A program made the position numbers and the translations under genes. From an uncultured candidatus Porisulfidus sp. (GTDB lineage Bacteria > Pseudomonadota > Gammaproteobacteria > Poriferisulfidales > Oxydemutatoraceae): a DNA stretch of 64,000 nt. Within the stretch, counting starts at the first letter, position 1. The number at the start of each line of letters is the position of its first letter. The notes under the pieces were generated by a model. It worked only from the letters and a program-made list of their open reading frames with translations, ran no database searches and was not told the origin of the DNA. The DNA is taken from the NCBI GenBank assembly GCA_965215765.1, contig OZ244118.1:2415801-2479800 (forward strand), in the 5' to 3' direction. Of this stretch, positions 48,422-61,934 are shown piece after piece.

Positions 48422-51400
48422 TCAGCGAATCATGCCGCCCAGGAATACCCTCAGGCGCAATTTCTTGACGTGATGCGGACCTGGTCTCGGCGTTGTCGGA
48501 ATCTCGGGATCCCAGTTGATAAATTGACTCACTCCTGGCAGCTCAGCCACGCTGTCCCGGGGGAATGCCCGGACTTCGTACGCGACACCGCCCTGCAACC
48601 CCGTAAACTCCGTCCTGACGGCTCCCCCGGGCGTCGGCATCGCAACAGACTGTTCCTCTATCAGTTCCCCGTATGAAATCAGTTGTACCCGATACCCCAA
48701 GCCGAGCAATATTCCGTCAACCGGGGCTCCGAAATCAGCATGATCCGCAGTGCGTCCGTAGCCATCATTTCCCGAATATTGCAAGTGTACCTGCACACGA
48801 CCATTCGCCTTGTGCATCAGCTGCATGGCCAATGTTCCCTCAAGAACGTCGAGCAAGGTAAATGCTGCAGTGCTCATCGCGCCCGTTCCGGCACGGTTGA
48901 CTGCCCGGAGCGAATAGCGTATCTGCTCTCCTCCTGCGTGCTTCTTGCGCAGCTGCGCCAAGGCATGGCTTGACAACACATAAGAAGCGGCGGTTCCTGC
49001 GACGGGGTGGCTTTTTCCGTCCACAAAAAGTTGGTAGCTGTCTATCGTCGCCCCGTTGCTGCTCGCCGCTTCCCAACTCAGGTTCACCCGATCTGCGGAC
49101 TTCCACCTGGCTCGCAAGCCCGAAGGTCTGCCAGGCACCGCTATGGTGCTGAACGCGCTCCTGTTTTCGGATGCCTGGGCGGGCTCCCCGGCACCCGCCC
49201 GGTTGCGCGCATAGACCTGTAACGAATAGCTTCTCTTCGGCAGCAAGTCGGTGATCTCAATCTCGGTGTCAAAAGCACCTGCCGAGAAAAAGGTCTCGGT
49301 GCTGCGTCCTGCAGCACTCACAACCACCACATAGCCAAAACCGGAGCCTGCAACGCGGTCAGGGGAAGTCGCAAGCGCATCACCCGCCAGGGGAGCGCAA
49401 TCGTCATGTCCCATGATCATCAACACCAGGCGCGCAGTGGTTTGGCCGGGCACCAGCTCCGTTATCGTCGTCGCGCCCGGAAGACCGGGCAAATAGAAAT
49501 GACCGACTGCCGGATAGCCAGCGACATCTCCGCGCACAGCGCGAAGACGGTACGGGTGGGGGCAAGCCCCCTGTCTGTTTTTCCGAAACCCGGCCAGAAA
49601 ATCACCGTTGAAATCAAAAGTCGGTGCTGTGACTTCCCGTATTGTTCCTGCCAGCTCAAGTTCGTAGGAATCAACCGCTGGACTTCCCGCCGCCCAAGTA
49701 AAGCGCAGATGATCCGAAGATTCCCAGCTCACCGCCAAATCAACCGGTGTGGCAGGAATGTCGGCAAGCGCGCGCAGCAAGGGCAACGTGCGGGTATTGC
49801 CAAAATGCCAGGCTCCCGGTTCCCAGCCGGCATAAGTCGTGGCACCTGCGCATCTCTGCCCCGCCGCAGTCGGGCAACGCAGCTGGGTTAAAGTTCGAGG
49901 TGAACTGCTGCCCGTCGAGCCATTGCCCACCAAAGCTGCCTGTGCAGACACGGGTGCGTAACTGCGATCAATCACCGCATCCGGAGCAGAATAACCTGCC
50001 AGACTCCCGGTGCTGCCCGACTCCCCAACAACCCTGTTCACCGCATAGCTGTCCTGAATGCGGCGGATATTGCTTCCGACCAACCCCCCGGTGATGGAGC
50101 GACCCCATACCTCACCGAGTGCATAGCTCGCATGGACAGAACCGGAGTTGATGCCCGCCAGTCCGCCAACACGGCTATCTCCGCTGACCGACACGTCGGC
50201 ATAGCTATAGGCAATGGTGCTTCCGCTGTAGCCGACCAGACCGCCGGCGCGCGAGCCGTCCACAGCAATGGCCGAACCTGTCGCGTAACAGTGCAAAATC
50301 GTGCTTTCCTGGCTATAGCCAACCAGACCGCCAGCATTGTCCCGCCCTTCACCCGAGACGCGCACCGCCGCTTCGGCACTGCTGTACAAAATAGCGGCTC
50401 CCAGAGCCAGACCTGCCAGACCACCGGCAGACTCAAGCGCGCTTACTTGCGAAGCCCTCACCGTGCTGCCCACAACCCGACCTTTTGCTTTCACATAACC
50501 GACCAGACCGCCGACGTACCTGCCCCCGTCAACCTCGGCACTGGCACCACTGCTGATCAGCAACCCTCCGTTGCCACCCGCCAGCCCGCCAATGTTGGCT
50601 CCAGCTCTGTTGCCGGAAACCTGTGCAGATCTCACGACGCTGTTCATGACCGTTCCGTCGTTAAAGCCGACCAGGGCACCGACACTGTTTTTTCCTTTTA
50701 CCCACGCATCAACGAGCACCACCCCTTTGGCGATTCCGTCTTCTGCAAGCCTGGAAAACAGGCCAACCGTATCCGTTTCCGGGCGGTTAATGTACAGAGC
50801 AGAGATTTGCCGCCTTGCCCCGTCGAAAGTGCCTGAAAAAGGCTCTATCGGATGAAAGCCGGCACCGCCTGACCACTCCTGACTCGGGCTGGCGTCAATG
50901 TCTGCCACCTGCACATAGTGAGCGTACAGATCAGAGCGCACATCCTGCAGTTGGCACAGCGTACCAATTTGCCACGGGTTGTCGCCGCTGCCGTCACCCG
51001 ATGTACCCTTCAGGCCTTTGCCGGCGCATTCCGGAAAACGGGTCACCGTCCGGAACGTTGAAGGCGATCCGGTACCCACTGTGTTATGGGCGAAGGCTTC
51101 CAGCCGATATGCAAAGGCACTTTTGAGCCCCGCAAATTCCACCGTGACCGGGTTCAGAGGACTCCCCGGCGGAATGTCGCGTTCTTCAACCAGCTCCCCG
51201 GTCGCATACAGACGTATCCGGTAAGCCAGGTGCAAATCCATGGCTTCCGCTGACGCTGCGTAATCAGCGTCAACCGGCCTGCGGCCATAGCCATCATTGG
51301 CAGGGGCTGTAAAGCTGAGTCTCAGCGTGGAGACCCCCGGCACCACGCGCATATCAGCCGGAGAATCAGGAACATCCAGCAGGCGCACGGAAACACGGGC

Positions 51401-54400
51401 AGCTTCGCCAACACCATAAAGGTTGTAGCCGCGAACCGTTAAAAAGAGCGTATTCCCGCCTTCATGACGGGCGCGCAGCTTCTGCAACCAGTCCGATCCT
51501 CCCGCGTAGTACAACGATGCGGTTTCCTCAGCAGCGAGCGACAGAGCCTCAATCCGGTAAGCGATCAGTTCTCTGGTGTGAAGCGGAGGCTCCCAACGCA
51601 GCAACAAGGAAGACGGGGATTTCCACTGTGCCAGCAGGCGCAAGGGTTTGCCAGGAGTCTCAAAGCCCCGCAGAACCGGCAGCGTCCTGTAATCGCCAAA
51701 GGACCAGGTCTCGGCACTCCAGCCTGAGTATGTTGACCTTCCCGCACACGCCAGGCCGGGGGCAGTGGGGCAACGCAGTTGCTGCAGCGTCCGCAAGAAG
51801 CCTGATCCCTGCCCTGCGTCATCTGCCACAAAAGGCATGCCGCCACCATTGGCGCCATTGCCGCGAGGCAACGCTGCCGCATAGCTGTCGGCAATGCCTC
51901 CCGAACTGCTGCCGGCAAAACTTCCAGGCTGTCCGGCTCCGGATACCGACCCTGCCGCGTAGCTGCGACTGACGGTGCCCTGATTGTCCGCCACAAGACC
52001 CGCGACCAGACCTTCCCCGGTCACAAAAGCTGTTGTGTAACTGTCAGTCACCGAGCCCCGGTTGTCTGCGACCAGACCACCCGCCCGAACTGCTCCTGAC
52101 ACCGAGCCTCCGGCATAGCTTGTATCAATACTCCCGGTTACCAGATTTCTTCCGACCAGGCCACCCGCTACTTGGCCTCCCGGCTCTGCCGTCAGCTGTG
52201 CCGCGCTGCCGCTGATCATGCCTGCGTTGATACCGACGAGTCCTCCCGCCACTTGCCCGCCAAAAAGTGAGCCCGTTGCGCCGCTGTTCACGATCCTTCC
52301 TCCCTCGTTCCTGCCCGCCAGGGCTCCCACGTTGACGCTTCCCCAAAGCTGCGCGTTCACCAGCACGACCTGCTGCAACAGACCGCCCTGAAGCTGCGCA
52401 AACATGCCGACATCTTCCAGTCGTCTCAGAGCGCACCCTTAAATGGAAAATCTGATAACCGGCACCATCAAAGGAACCGGAAAAATCAGCAATCGGCGCA
52501 AAGCCTTCTCCGGCTCGCCAGTCCCGGGATGGACCTGCCTCAATATCGCTTGCCAGCCGGTAGTGGGCTACAGGAACAGAGCGAATGTCCTGCAATTGGC
52601 ACAGCGTGGCAATCTGCCAGGGATCGTCCTCGCTGCCCGAGCCGCCCGAACCGCCTGCCGACATCAGGGCTTCCCCGTCGCACTGCCAGGGACGGGTAAA
52701 TGCCGACAGGGAAAATGACGACCCTTCTCCAACATTGTTATAGGGTGTTGCCTCCACTTCATAGCGACTATTGCTTGCCAGACCCGAAAATTCCACAACT
52801 GCAGATGTTTCGCCGGCTGTGTGCGCACGCTCCCGCTCCTGCACCAGTTCTCCCCCGGCGTACAACCGTACCCGGTAGCCCAGACCTGCGGAAACCCCGA
52901 CACTCGTATATCCGTAAGCCGGGTCTTCCGGTGATTGGCCGTAGCCGTCGTCAGCCGGAGCCAGAAGCAACACCTGCAGCGAAAATGCCTGCGCCGATGC
53001 CCGAAGGTCTGTCAATTCGCCTGGGGCTCTCAGCAGCCTGATCGCAACCGTTGTCGCTTCACTCATGCCATGACGGTTATATCCACGTACGCTGACTTGC
53101 AAGGTACTGCCCCTATATTCGGAACGGAGGTTTTGCACCAGGCGCCTGCCGAACGTAAAAGATGCGGACTCCGTTTCCAGGGAACGCCCTGCCACCTCCA
53201 CCCAATAGCCGGCATTCAGGCTTCCTGTTTTTGCAACTGTCCAGCTCAGTTCCAGATCACCTTCCAGGTTCCATTTCGCCTGCAGGCGCGAAGGGGGAGC
53301 AGGTGGCACTGCTCGCAGGGCGCGATGAACCGGAAGCGTCTGCTCGTCCCCGAAATACCAGATTTTGGTGCTCCACCCGGAGTAGCTGACTGCTCCCTGG
53401 CACGTGTCTCCCGGCAAAAGGGGACACTGCAGTTGCGCCAGCGTACGGGAAAAGTTGTTTTCTGTGGCATCCTCTTCCCCGCTGCCCACGAGTTCCAGCG
53501 CACTGCTGCCGACACCCTGCTCCAAGGCGTAATTCTCAGCCATATCGGTGTTTTCGGAATGTCCCACCAGCATGCCCGCCTGATTATTCCCGTTAACCAG
53601 ACCAGCCGCATAACTGTTCACAATCCTGATGTTGTTGTCGGTGCTGCGCTCACTGTTTCCCGCCAGCCCGCCTATCTGCGCTTTCCCGCTCACCGAACCG
53701 GTCGCATAACTGTCGACAATCGAGCTGTTCCTGCTTTCTCCCGCCAAGCCGCCCACCTGCTCATTTCCGCTGACCGCTCCGGTCGCATGGCTCCTGATGA
53801 TTGACCCTGAGCTGAGGCCCACCAGACCTCCCACACGATTCCCCGCGCTGGTAACCGTGCTGTCCGAGTGGCTGTCAACTATGGAACTGGAATTGTGGTT
53901 ACCCGCCAGCCCGCCCACATCTTCTACCCCGCTGACCGCTCCCGTCGAATAAGAGCCGCTTATAAAGCCATAGTTGGAACCTGCCAGCCCGCCCACAGAA
54001 TGATGCCCGCTCACCGTTGACTGCACATGGCTGTGATAGATCGGAGCCTGATTGAGCCCTACCAGTCCACCAACATTGTTTGTGCCGCTCACACCTCCTC
54101 TCGCGTGCGAACTGCGTATCCTCGCACCCGGGAAGTTTTTGCCCACAAGTCCGCCTATTGCGTGGCCGTGCCCCTGGGAATCAGTTGTTCCGGCAACGGT
54201 GGACTCCGAATGGCTGAGCTTGATCAAGCCATGATTCTCACCTGCCACTCCTCCCACACGTCTCCGACCGCCTATCAGCCCCGTCACCGTGCTGCCCTTG
54301 ATGCTTCCATTTGCCGCAACACTTCCTGCCAGGGCTCCTGTTGCATCTCTGCCCCGCACCGTGACATTTACCAGAGCCAGCCTTTGCAGGGCACCACCGC

Positions 54401-57400
54401 TGAGCTTCCCGAACAGCCCGACATGATCCGTTTGCCCAGGATTGATCAAAAGACTCAGAATGCTGTGACCACTCCCGTCCAGAGAACCGGAAAAAAATTC
54501 AATCGGTGAGAAGCCCTTTCCGTCCCGCCACTCGTGGCTTTGCTTCGCGTCTATGTCGTTTGCCAGCCGATAATGCGCTGCCGTGTCGTAACGTATTTCC
54601 TGCAACTGGCAAAGTGAGCCAATCTGCCAGGGGTCATCCTCACTGCCAGAACCTGCTGCTGTTATCATCGCTGCCCATGGACACGCCTCAACGTAGGTGA
54701 AAACCGGTGCTACCTCCGTTGGGCCTGCGCCCGCCTTGTTTTCGGCAAACACCCTGACTTCGTACCTGGAACCACCTTCCAGACCTGAAAATTCCACTAC
54801 GGTCGAACTTGACCATTCCTGCTGTGTCATGCGCCGCTCTTCTTTCAACAGGCCTTTTGAGAACAGTTGCACGTGGTATGCGAGATCCGGGGCAACTCCA
54901 CCTGCCGGTTCCCCGTATGCGCTGCTGCCCGGTGCACGTCCGTAGCCATCAGCAGCAGCCTCGGTAATGGTGACCTGTATTGTTGACAGCCCCGAAGCTG
55001 TCTGAGTCCCCACCTCCCCCGGAACTTTCATCAAATGGAAACTTCCCGACGCTGCATCTCCCGCAACGCCTCGTGCTACGCCGCGTATGGAATAGTGGAT
55101 TTCACTGCCGCTGGCGTAACGCTCACGCAATTCAGCCATCAATGAGCCGCCAAGCGCGAAATGGAATACCTTGGTGTCTCGAATGATTCCGCCCACCTCA
55201 AGCTCGTAGAAATTCACGGCAACTCCTTGATGCTCCCACTGCAGCGTCAATCCACCCGTCGAATCCCGGCTTTCCCGGACTGCATGCGGGGCAACGGGAA
55301 CATCCGTAACTGTCCGGAGCACGGGCAGTACACGAGAGTTCCCGAAATGCCAAATTCGCGTATCCCAACCCAGATACACGCCAGCTGCCCGGCAAAGATT
55401 GACGGGCAATATTGAACACTTCATCTGCTCCACGGTGCGCAAATCACTGCCCTGTACTGCACCGTTATCCTCGCCCACAAGGCTGTCCCCGTCCCCCCCC
55501 TTGCTGGCATAGCTGCGGGCTATCGTGCCACTGTTGACTCCGACCAGCCTGCCCGGCAAATCAGTTCCGCCTACAGCACCAGTGCTATAGGCACTTCTGA
55601 CCGTACCGCTGTTTTCGCCGACCAGCCCACCTGTCTGACTGTCTCCGGTCACTGCGCCTCGTGCATAACTGTTACCAATGCTTCCTTTGTTATCGCCGAC
55701 CAGACCGCCGACTTGATCCTTCCCGCTCACACGTACTTCCTGGCGTGTATGGCTATTCACAATCCTGGCGTTGTCCCCGTTCACACCCACCAGACCACCT
55801 GTCTGACTGTCTCCGATCACTGCGCCTTGTGCGTAGCTGTCACTGACGCTTCCTTTGTTATCGCCGACCAGACCACCTGTCTGACTGTCTCCGATCACTG
55901 CGCCTTGTGCGTAGCTGTCACTGATGCTTCCTTTGTTTTCGCCGACCAGACCGCCGACTTGATCCTTCCCGCTCACACGTACTTCCTGGCGTGTATGGCT
56001 ATTCACGATATTGGCGTTGCTTTCGTTCACACCCACCAGACCACCCACCTGACTGTCTCCGGACACTGAGCCTCTTCGTGCGTAGTTGTTGCTGATGCTT
56101 CCTGCGTTTCTGCCGACCAGACCCCCAACCTGGTTCTTTCCAGTCACACGTGCATTCCCGCCTGTATGGCTATTCACGATCCTGGCGTTGCCCTCACTCA
56201 CACCCACCAGACCGCCCACCTGGCTGTCTCCGGACACCGTAGAAAACCCGATGCTGTTGCTGATGCTTCCTCTGTTTTCGCCGACCAGACCCCCGACCTT
56301 GTTCTTTCCACGTACTTCCTTGTATGCACGGCCATACACGATGCCGGCTTCGTTCACACCCACCAAGCCCCCAATCCCGGGGGCTGCTCCGACAACCTTG
56401 CTATTCGTGTGGCTGTAACTGATGGTGCCGCCAAGGTGCCAACCCACCAGACCACCCACGTAGCCCACTTCGGTGCTAGCCCCGGTCACATCTCCAGTCG
56501 CATCGCTGGAAGTAACCGAACCCCTGTTTTTGCCCACCAGACCTCCGACTTGATTGCCTCCTGTTACTGCCCCCCTCGCATGACTGCCCACAATCGTGCC
56601 ACCGTCATTCTGACCCACCAGCCCGCCGGCAACCCATGTGACGCTAGAGTTCTCCCCAACCCTTACCGTCGCCGTGCTGTTGCGAATGACACCGCCCTGA
56701 TTCAGGCCAACCAGCCCACCGATGGTTCTGTACCCGTCAACCTTGCCATCAACCTCGCTGTCCTCAATCGTCCCTTGATTGTTCAGCCCAACCAGAGAAC
56801 CGACATTCACTCCGCCTTCCGTCAAAAAACCCACCAGCTTCACACGCTTCAGCAAGCCACCCTGCAGCTCGCCAAACAGCCCTATATTCTTGAATGCTTC
56901 GTCTGCTACGTTGATCTTCAAAGTGGAAATTTGGTAACCGTTGCCATCGTAAGTGCCAGAAAAATCCTTGATCGGTGTAAAACCGTTTTTCCAGCCATGC
57001 GTCATCGTCGATGCGTCTATATCTTTGATCTGGATGTAGTGCGACTGGGGCGATGTTTCCATGTCGCGCAAATGGCATGCGTTTTCTACTTGGTAGGGAT
57101 CAGTTTCAGTTCCGGAACCCGCCATGGCCTGCGAATTTATAGCGCACGCCTGATCTGGATCCATGTAGGGAAATTGGCTGCCATTGTAATAGGTGTCTCC
57201 GTAATTGAGAATGTTGAAGGCTCTTTCGTTCGCGTAAATCCCTCCCATCCCGTAATACCATGAGGTGCATTCCCGACCCTTTCCCGGATTGGCATTCAGA
57301 ACCCCTATCATCATGTCGGTTTCTTTATAAAACGCGGATGAACCGGACGCTCCATACGTAGGAGAGATGCCCTTATACGTTAAATCCAAAAACCCGCAAA

Positions 57401-58670
57401 TCGCTCCTTCGCAGAAAGGCGGGTCGCCTCTCTTGCCGCCGACGTGGTAGAGTGAGCCGTCATTCGTTGCCACTGCACTTTCAAACTCATTCCACTGCTG
57501 AGGCTTGGAGCCGGAGTGGTGTACGGAGTAACCACTGAAAGTGTTGCTGGTGCGGGTCATCCACCCCAGCAATTTATAATTTCCGTGTCCGATAAACGAC
57601 CCGGTAAGACGTATAATCGCCCAATCACCACCCTCGTCTCCCGGCTCTCTTGCCTTTCCTGCCACGTATCTCGCGCCAAAGGCAAGGGAATTGCCAAGAA
57701 GACCGATGAAGCGCGGCAAAAACGGTTTGTCCACAGCGTCAGCGTCCACTTCAGTGAAAAGGTGAAACGCTGTCAGAATGTAGGGGGCTCCATCACCTGA
57801 CTTGTTCTTTATAAAACTCCCAGTCGCGCAGGCAAGTGGGCGGCAGATGCTTACGACACCTTTGGATCCATTCTGCACGTAAGCCGGGCTGTCGCCGTCT
57901 ACATAGGTATTGTTATCGTAAAAAGGATCGATGCTTGCGCGCTCGCAACTGCCGGCTTGTCTCCGAGGCACCAGGTTCCTGACTCCCTCTCCGTATAAAA
58001 CTCCGTTGTTATCCTTGAATGTGTGGCTCACTTTTTCGACCGAAAAAGGAAAATCGCCTGGCTCCAGGTGGTAACTGTCCGGAACCCAAAACTCTATGAC
58101 AACGGTGTCACCAGACACCGGGAACGCCACAAAGCTGCCATCATTACGTGACAAGCCGCGGCCCGTGTACTCTACGAGCTCTTCATTGCTGTCTCCGGCG
58201 GGGGCATAGACATTCACCGACATGCCCGGGTCAAGGGGAAAACCAGAAAAATATAACCACAGCCGCAGGGCAGACGGAGAGCGAATCTGCGCCTGCCAGA
58301 CATCAAGGCCGTCTTCCTGTTTGACCAACGCCCAGTTGGAACGCCTTAACCGGACGTCCCGGGCAATGCTGGTGTAGTTGACCGTTGTCGCACGAAGCAG
58401 TACACGAATTTGCTCCTGTTCCCGGGTGCTGAAAGATCCCAAGTTCAGTTGCTGTGCGCTGGCAGGATACAGAGTTCGAGTGGCTTCCCGGGCATTCCTC
58501 CCCTCCGAAAAGGGATGGGACGTGAAGCCTTGATCTGTCGGAGATTCCTGATCCTGACCGAAAACGAGTGAGCTTGACGTGATGATGGACACACCCACGA
58601 GCAACCATTTCAGCCAACCATGGTTACCGGAAATCTGCGCATCCGGAAATCTGAAACCTGCTTCTTTCAT
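48422..58670 (-). pseudogene. Giant GLUG/S1-protease paralog 3 (about 3,416 codons), interrupted by a +1 frameshift near 52421-52426 (ORF 52125..58670 of 2181 aa, then ORF 48422..52405 of 1327 aa)
   Basis: Paralogs 1 and 2 read 'ttccagc(a/g)cctcag', paralog 3 reads 'ttccagtcgtctcag' (one extra base). The protein switches from '...GYQIFHLRVRSE' to out-of-frame text. The downstream ORF resumes at 'MFAQLQGGLLQQVVLVNAQLWG', collinear with the paralogs. Confidence 0.65.
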
Positions 58671-60700
58671 TGTGGGTGCTTACGCATCACGCGGGCGGAG
58701 AAAAGAGAGCCTGACCACCCTGAGACATAAAATTCCCTGCACCGCATTCGCTATCTGTTCTCCATGGCTGACGCACTGAACGATCCTCTGGCTCTGACCT
58801 TCGCTCACTCTCTGATGTCCCAGTACGGCTGTGCGCGGGCAGGATACAGAGTTCGAGTGGCTTCCCGGGCATTCCTCCCCTCCGAAAAGGGATGGGACGT
58901 GAAGCCTTGATCTGTCAGAGATTCCTGATCCTGACCAAAAACGAATGAGCTTGACGTGATGATGGACACACCCACGAGTAGCCACTTCCGCCAACCATGG
59001 CTGCCGGAAATCTGCGCATCCGGAAATCTGAAACCTGCTTCTTTCATTGTGGGTGCTTACGCATCACGCGGGCGGAGAAAAGAGAGCCTGACCCACCAGC
59101 GACATAAAATTCCCTGCACCACATTCGCTATCTGTTCTCCATGGCTGACGCTCTGAGCGATCCTCTGGCTCTGACCTTCGATCACTCTCTGATGTCCCAG
59201 TACGGCTGTGCGCGGGCAGGATACAGAGTTCGAGTGGCTTCCCGGGCATTCCTCCCCTCAAAAAAGGGATGGGACGCGGAGCCTTGTTCTGCCAGAGATT
59301 CCTGATCCTGGCCGAAAACGAATGAACTCGACATGATGATGGGCACACCCACGAGCAGCCACTTCAGCCAACCATGGCTGCCGGAAATCTGCGCATCCAG
59401 AAATCTGAAACCTGCTTCTTTCATTGTGAATGCTTACGAGCCATGCAGGCGGAGAAAAGAGAGCCTAACCGCCCTGAGACATAAAATTCCCTGCACCACA
59501 TTCGCTATCTGTTCTCCATGGCTACGCACTGAGCGATCCTCTGGCTCTGACCTTCACTCACTCTCTGATGTCCCAGTACGGCTGTACGCGAGCAGGATAC
59601 AGAGTTCGGTGGCTTCCCGGGCATTCCTCCCCTCCGAAAAGGGATGGGACGTGAAGCCTTGATCTGTCGGAGATTCCTGATCCTGGCCGAAAACGAGTGA
59701 GCTTGACGTGATGATGGTTACACCCACGAGCAGCCACTTCAGCCAACCATGGCTGCCGGAAATCTGCGTATCCGGAAATCTGAAATCTGCTTTTTTCATT
59801 GTGAATGCCTACGAGCCATGCAGGCGGAGAAAAGAGAGCCTGACCACCCTGAGACATAAAATTCCCTGCACCACATTCGCTATCTGTTCTCCATGGCTGA
59901 CGCACTGAGCGATCCTCTGGCTCTGACCTTCACTCACTCTCTGATGTCCCAGCACGGCTGTACGCAGGCAGGATACAGAGTTCGAGTGGCTTCCGGAACA
60001 TTCCCCCCCTCAAAAAAGGGATGGGACGCGAAGCCTTGTTCTGCCAGAGATTCCTGATCCTGGCCGAAAACGAGTGAGCTTGACGTGACGATGGATACAC
60101 CCACGAGTAGCCACTTCCGCCAACCATGGCTGCCGGAAATCTGTGTATCCGGAAATCTGAAATCTGCTTTTTTCATTGTGAATGCCTACGAGCCATGCGG
60201 GCGGAGAAAAGAGAGCCTGACCACCCTGAGACATAAAATTCCCTGCACCACATTCGCTATCTGTTCTCCATGGCTGACGCACTGAGCGATCCTCTGGCTC
60301 TGACCTTCACTCACTCTCTGATGTCCCAGCACGGCTGTACGCAGGCAGGATACAGAGTTCGAGTGGCTTCCCGGGCATTCCTCCCCTCCGAAAAGGGATG
60401 GGACGCGAAGCCTTGTTCTGCCAGAGATTCCTGATCCTGGCCGAAAACGAGTGAGCTTGACGTGATGATGGATACACCCACGAGTAGCCACTTCCGCCAA
60501 CCATGGCTGCCGGAAATCTGCGTATCCGGAAATCTGAAATCTGCTTTTTTCATTGTGAATGCCTACGAGCCATGCAGGCGGAGAAAAGAGAGCCTGACCA
60601 CCCTGAGACATAAAATTCCCTGCACCACATTCGCTATCTGTTCTCCATGGCTGACGCACTGAGCGAACCTCTGTCTCTGACCTTCACTCACTCTCTGATG
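58671..60700 (-). repeat. 5.4 tandem copies of the 377-bp 5'-leader/start unit upstream of paralog 3
   Basis: Leader-ORF starts at 59047, 59424, 59799, 60176 and 60553 (periods 377/375). Copies differ by a few substitutions (MKEAGFRF vs MKKADFRF). Confidence 0.9.
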
Positions 60701-61039
60701 TCCCAGCACGGCTGTACGCGCCGAAAAATCACTTAGTGGGTTAATTGTACAAAATAACGCCCAATCCGGCAAATTATTATTAAGAAGATACCGACCCCAT
60801 CCGACCGGAAAACCCCGAAAACAGTGCCAAGGCGTACTGTCTTATTTGTGGGCTTTTTGGTCTACAAGGGGTTGAATCAGTGGCAATAGTCGGCACTGCG
60901 ACTTCCTGTTTTTAACCGCGAAAAACGTGAAAGTTGGTATTTGCAATTCGTATGATTTCAGTTTTGTGACAGCTTCCAAAGTTCACCAAAAGCCCCAATT
61001 CAAGACCTGTTGTTTTAAGACAATTCAACAGTTGTGCTT

Positions 61040-61934
61040 CATGTTCATCAGTAATGTTTGTCATGGCAGATATAGCCAAGCTTATGGACTTGCTTTAAAG
61101 GTTCATCCTCTGTGCCTTGAAAGGAATGCTCCTTGTGGAAAACTCCTTCTCCAAACACTCCTGGCACACTGCCTCAAGAAAACCACACATTCATCAGAAA
61201 ACAAAACCTTTTCGCATTTTAGCGGTTATTAAACTCGTGATTTATAGTTCTCTCGCCAGTTGCCCGGGCTCTTCACCAAAGAAATGCTCGTTATGGAAAA
61301 CTCCTTCTCCGGACACTCCTGGCACACTGCCTCAAGAAAACCACAACCCCACTTCTTTGAATCACATAGCATTCATAAGGAAACAAAACCTTTTCGCATT
61401 TTAGCGGTTATTAAACTCGTGGTTCATAGCTCTCTCGCCAGCTGCCCGGGCTCTTCACCAAAGAAATGCTCCTTATGGAAAACTCCTTCTCCGGACACTC
61501 CTGATGCACTGCCTCAAGGAAACCACACCTCATTTCCCTGAATCGCATGGCATTCATAAGGAAACAAAACCTTTTCGCATTTTAGCGGTTATTAAACTCA
61601 TGGTTCATAGCTCTCTCGCCAGTTGCCTGAACTCTTCACCAAGGGAATGCTCCTTTTGGAAAACTCCTTCTCCAAACACTCCTGATGCACTGCCTCAAGA
61701 AAACCACACATTCATCAGAAAACAAAACCCTTTCGTGTTCTTCGCAGTTATTAAACTCGTGGTTCATAGTTCTCTCGCCAGTTGCCCGGGCTCTTCACCA
61801 AAGGAATGCCCCTTATGGAAAACTCCTTCTCCAAACACTCCTGGCACACTGCCTCAAGGAAACCACACATTCATCAGAAAACAAAACCCTTTCGTACTTT
61901 TCGTCGGCTGCGGTTGTTAAATTCGTGTATGCCC
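61040..61934. repeat. Downstream repeat family, about 160-182-bp unit (about 5 copies), abutting the stop codon of paralog 4
   Basis: 'ttattaaactcgtg' at 61226, 61408, 61589 and 61748, and 'ttgttaaattcgtg' at 61914. Confidence 0.85.
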
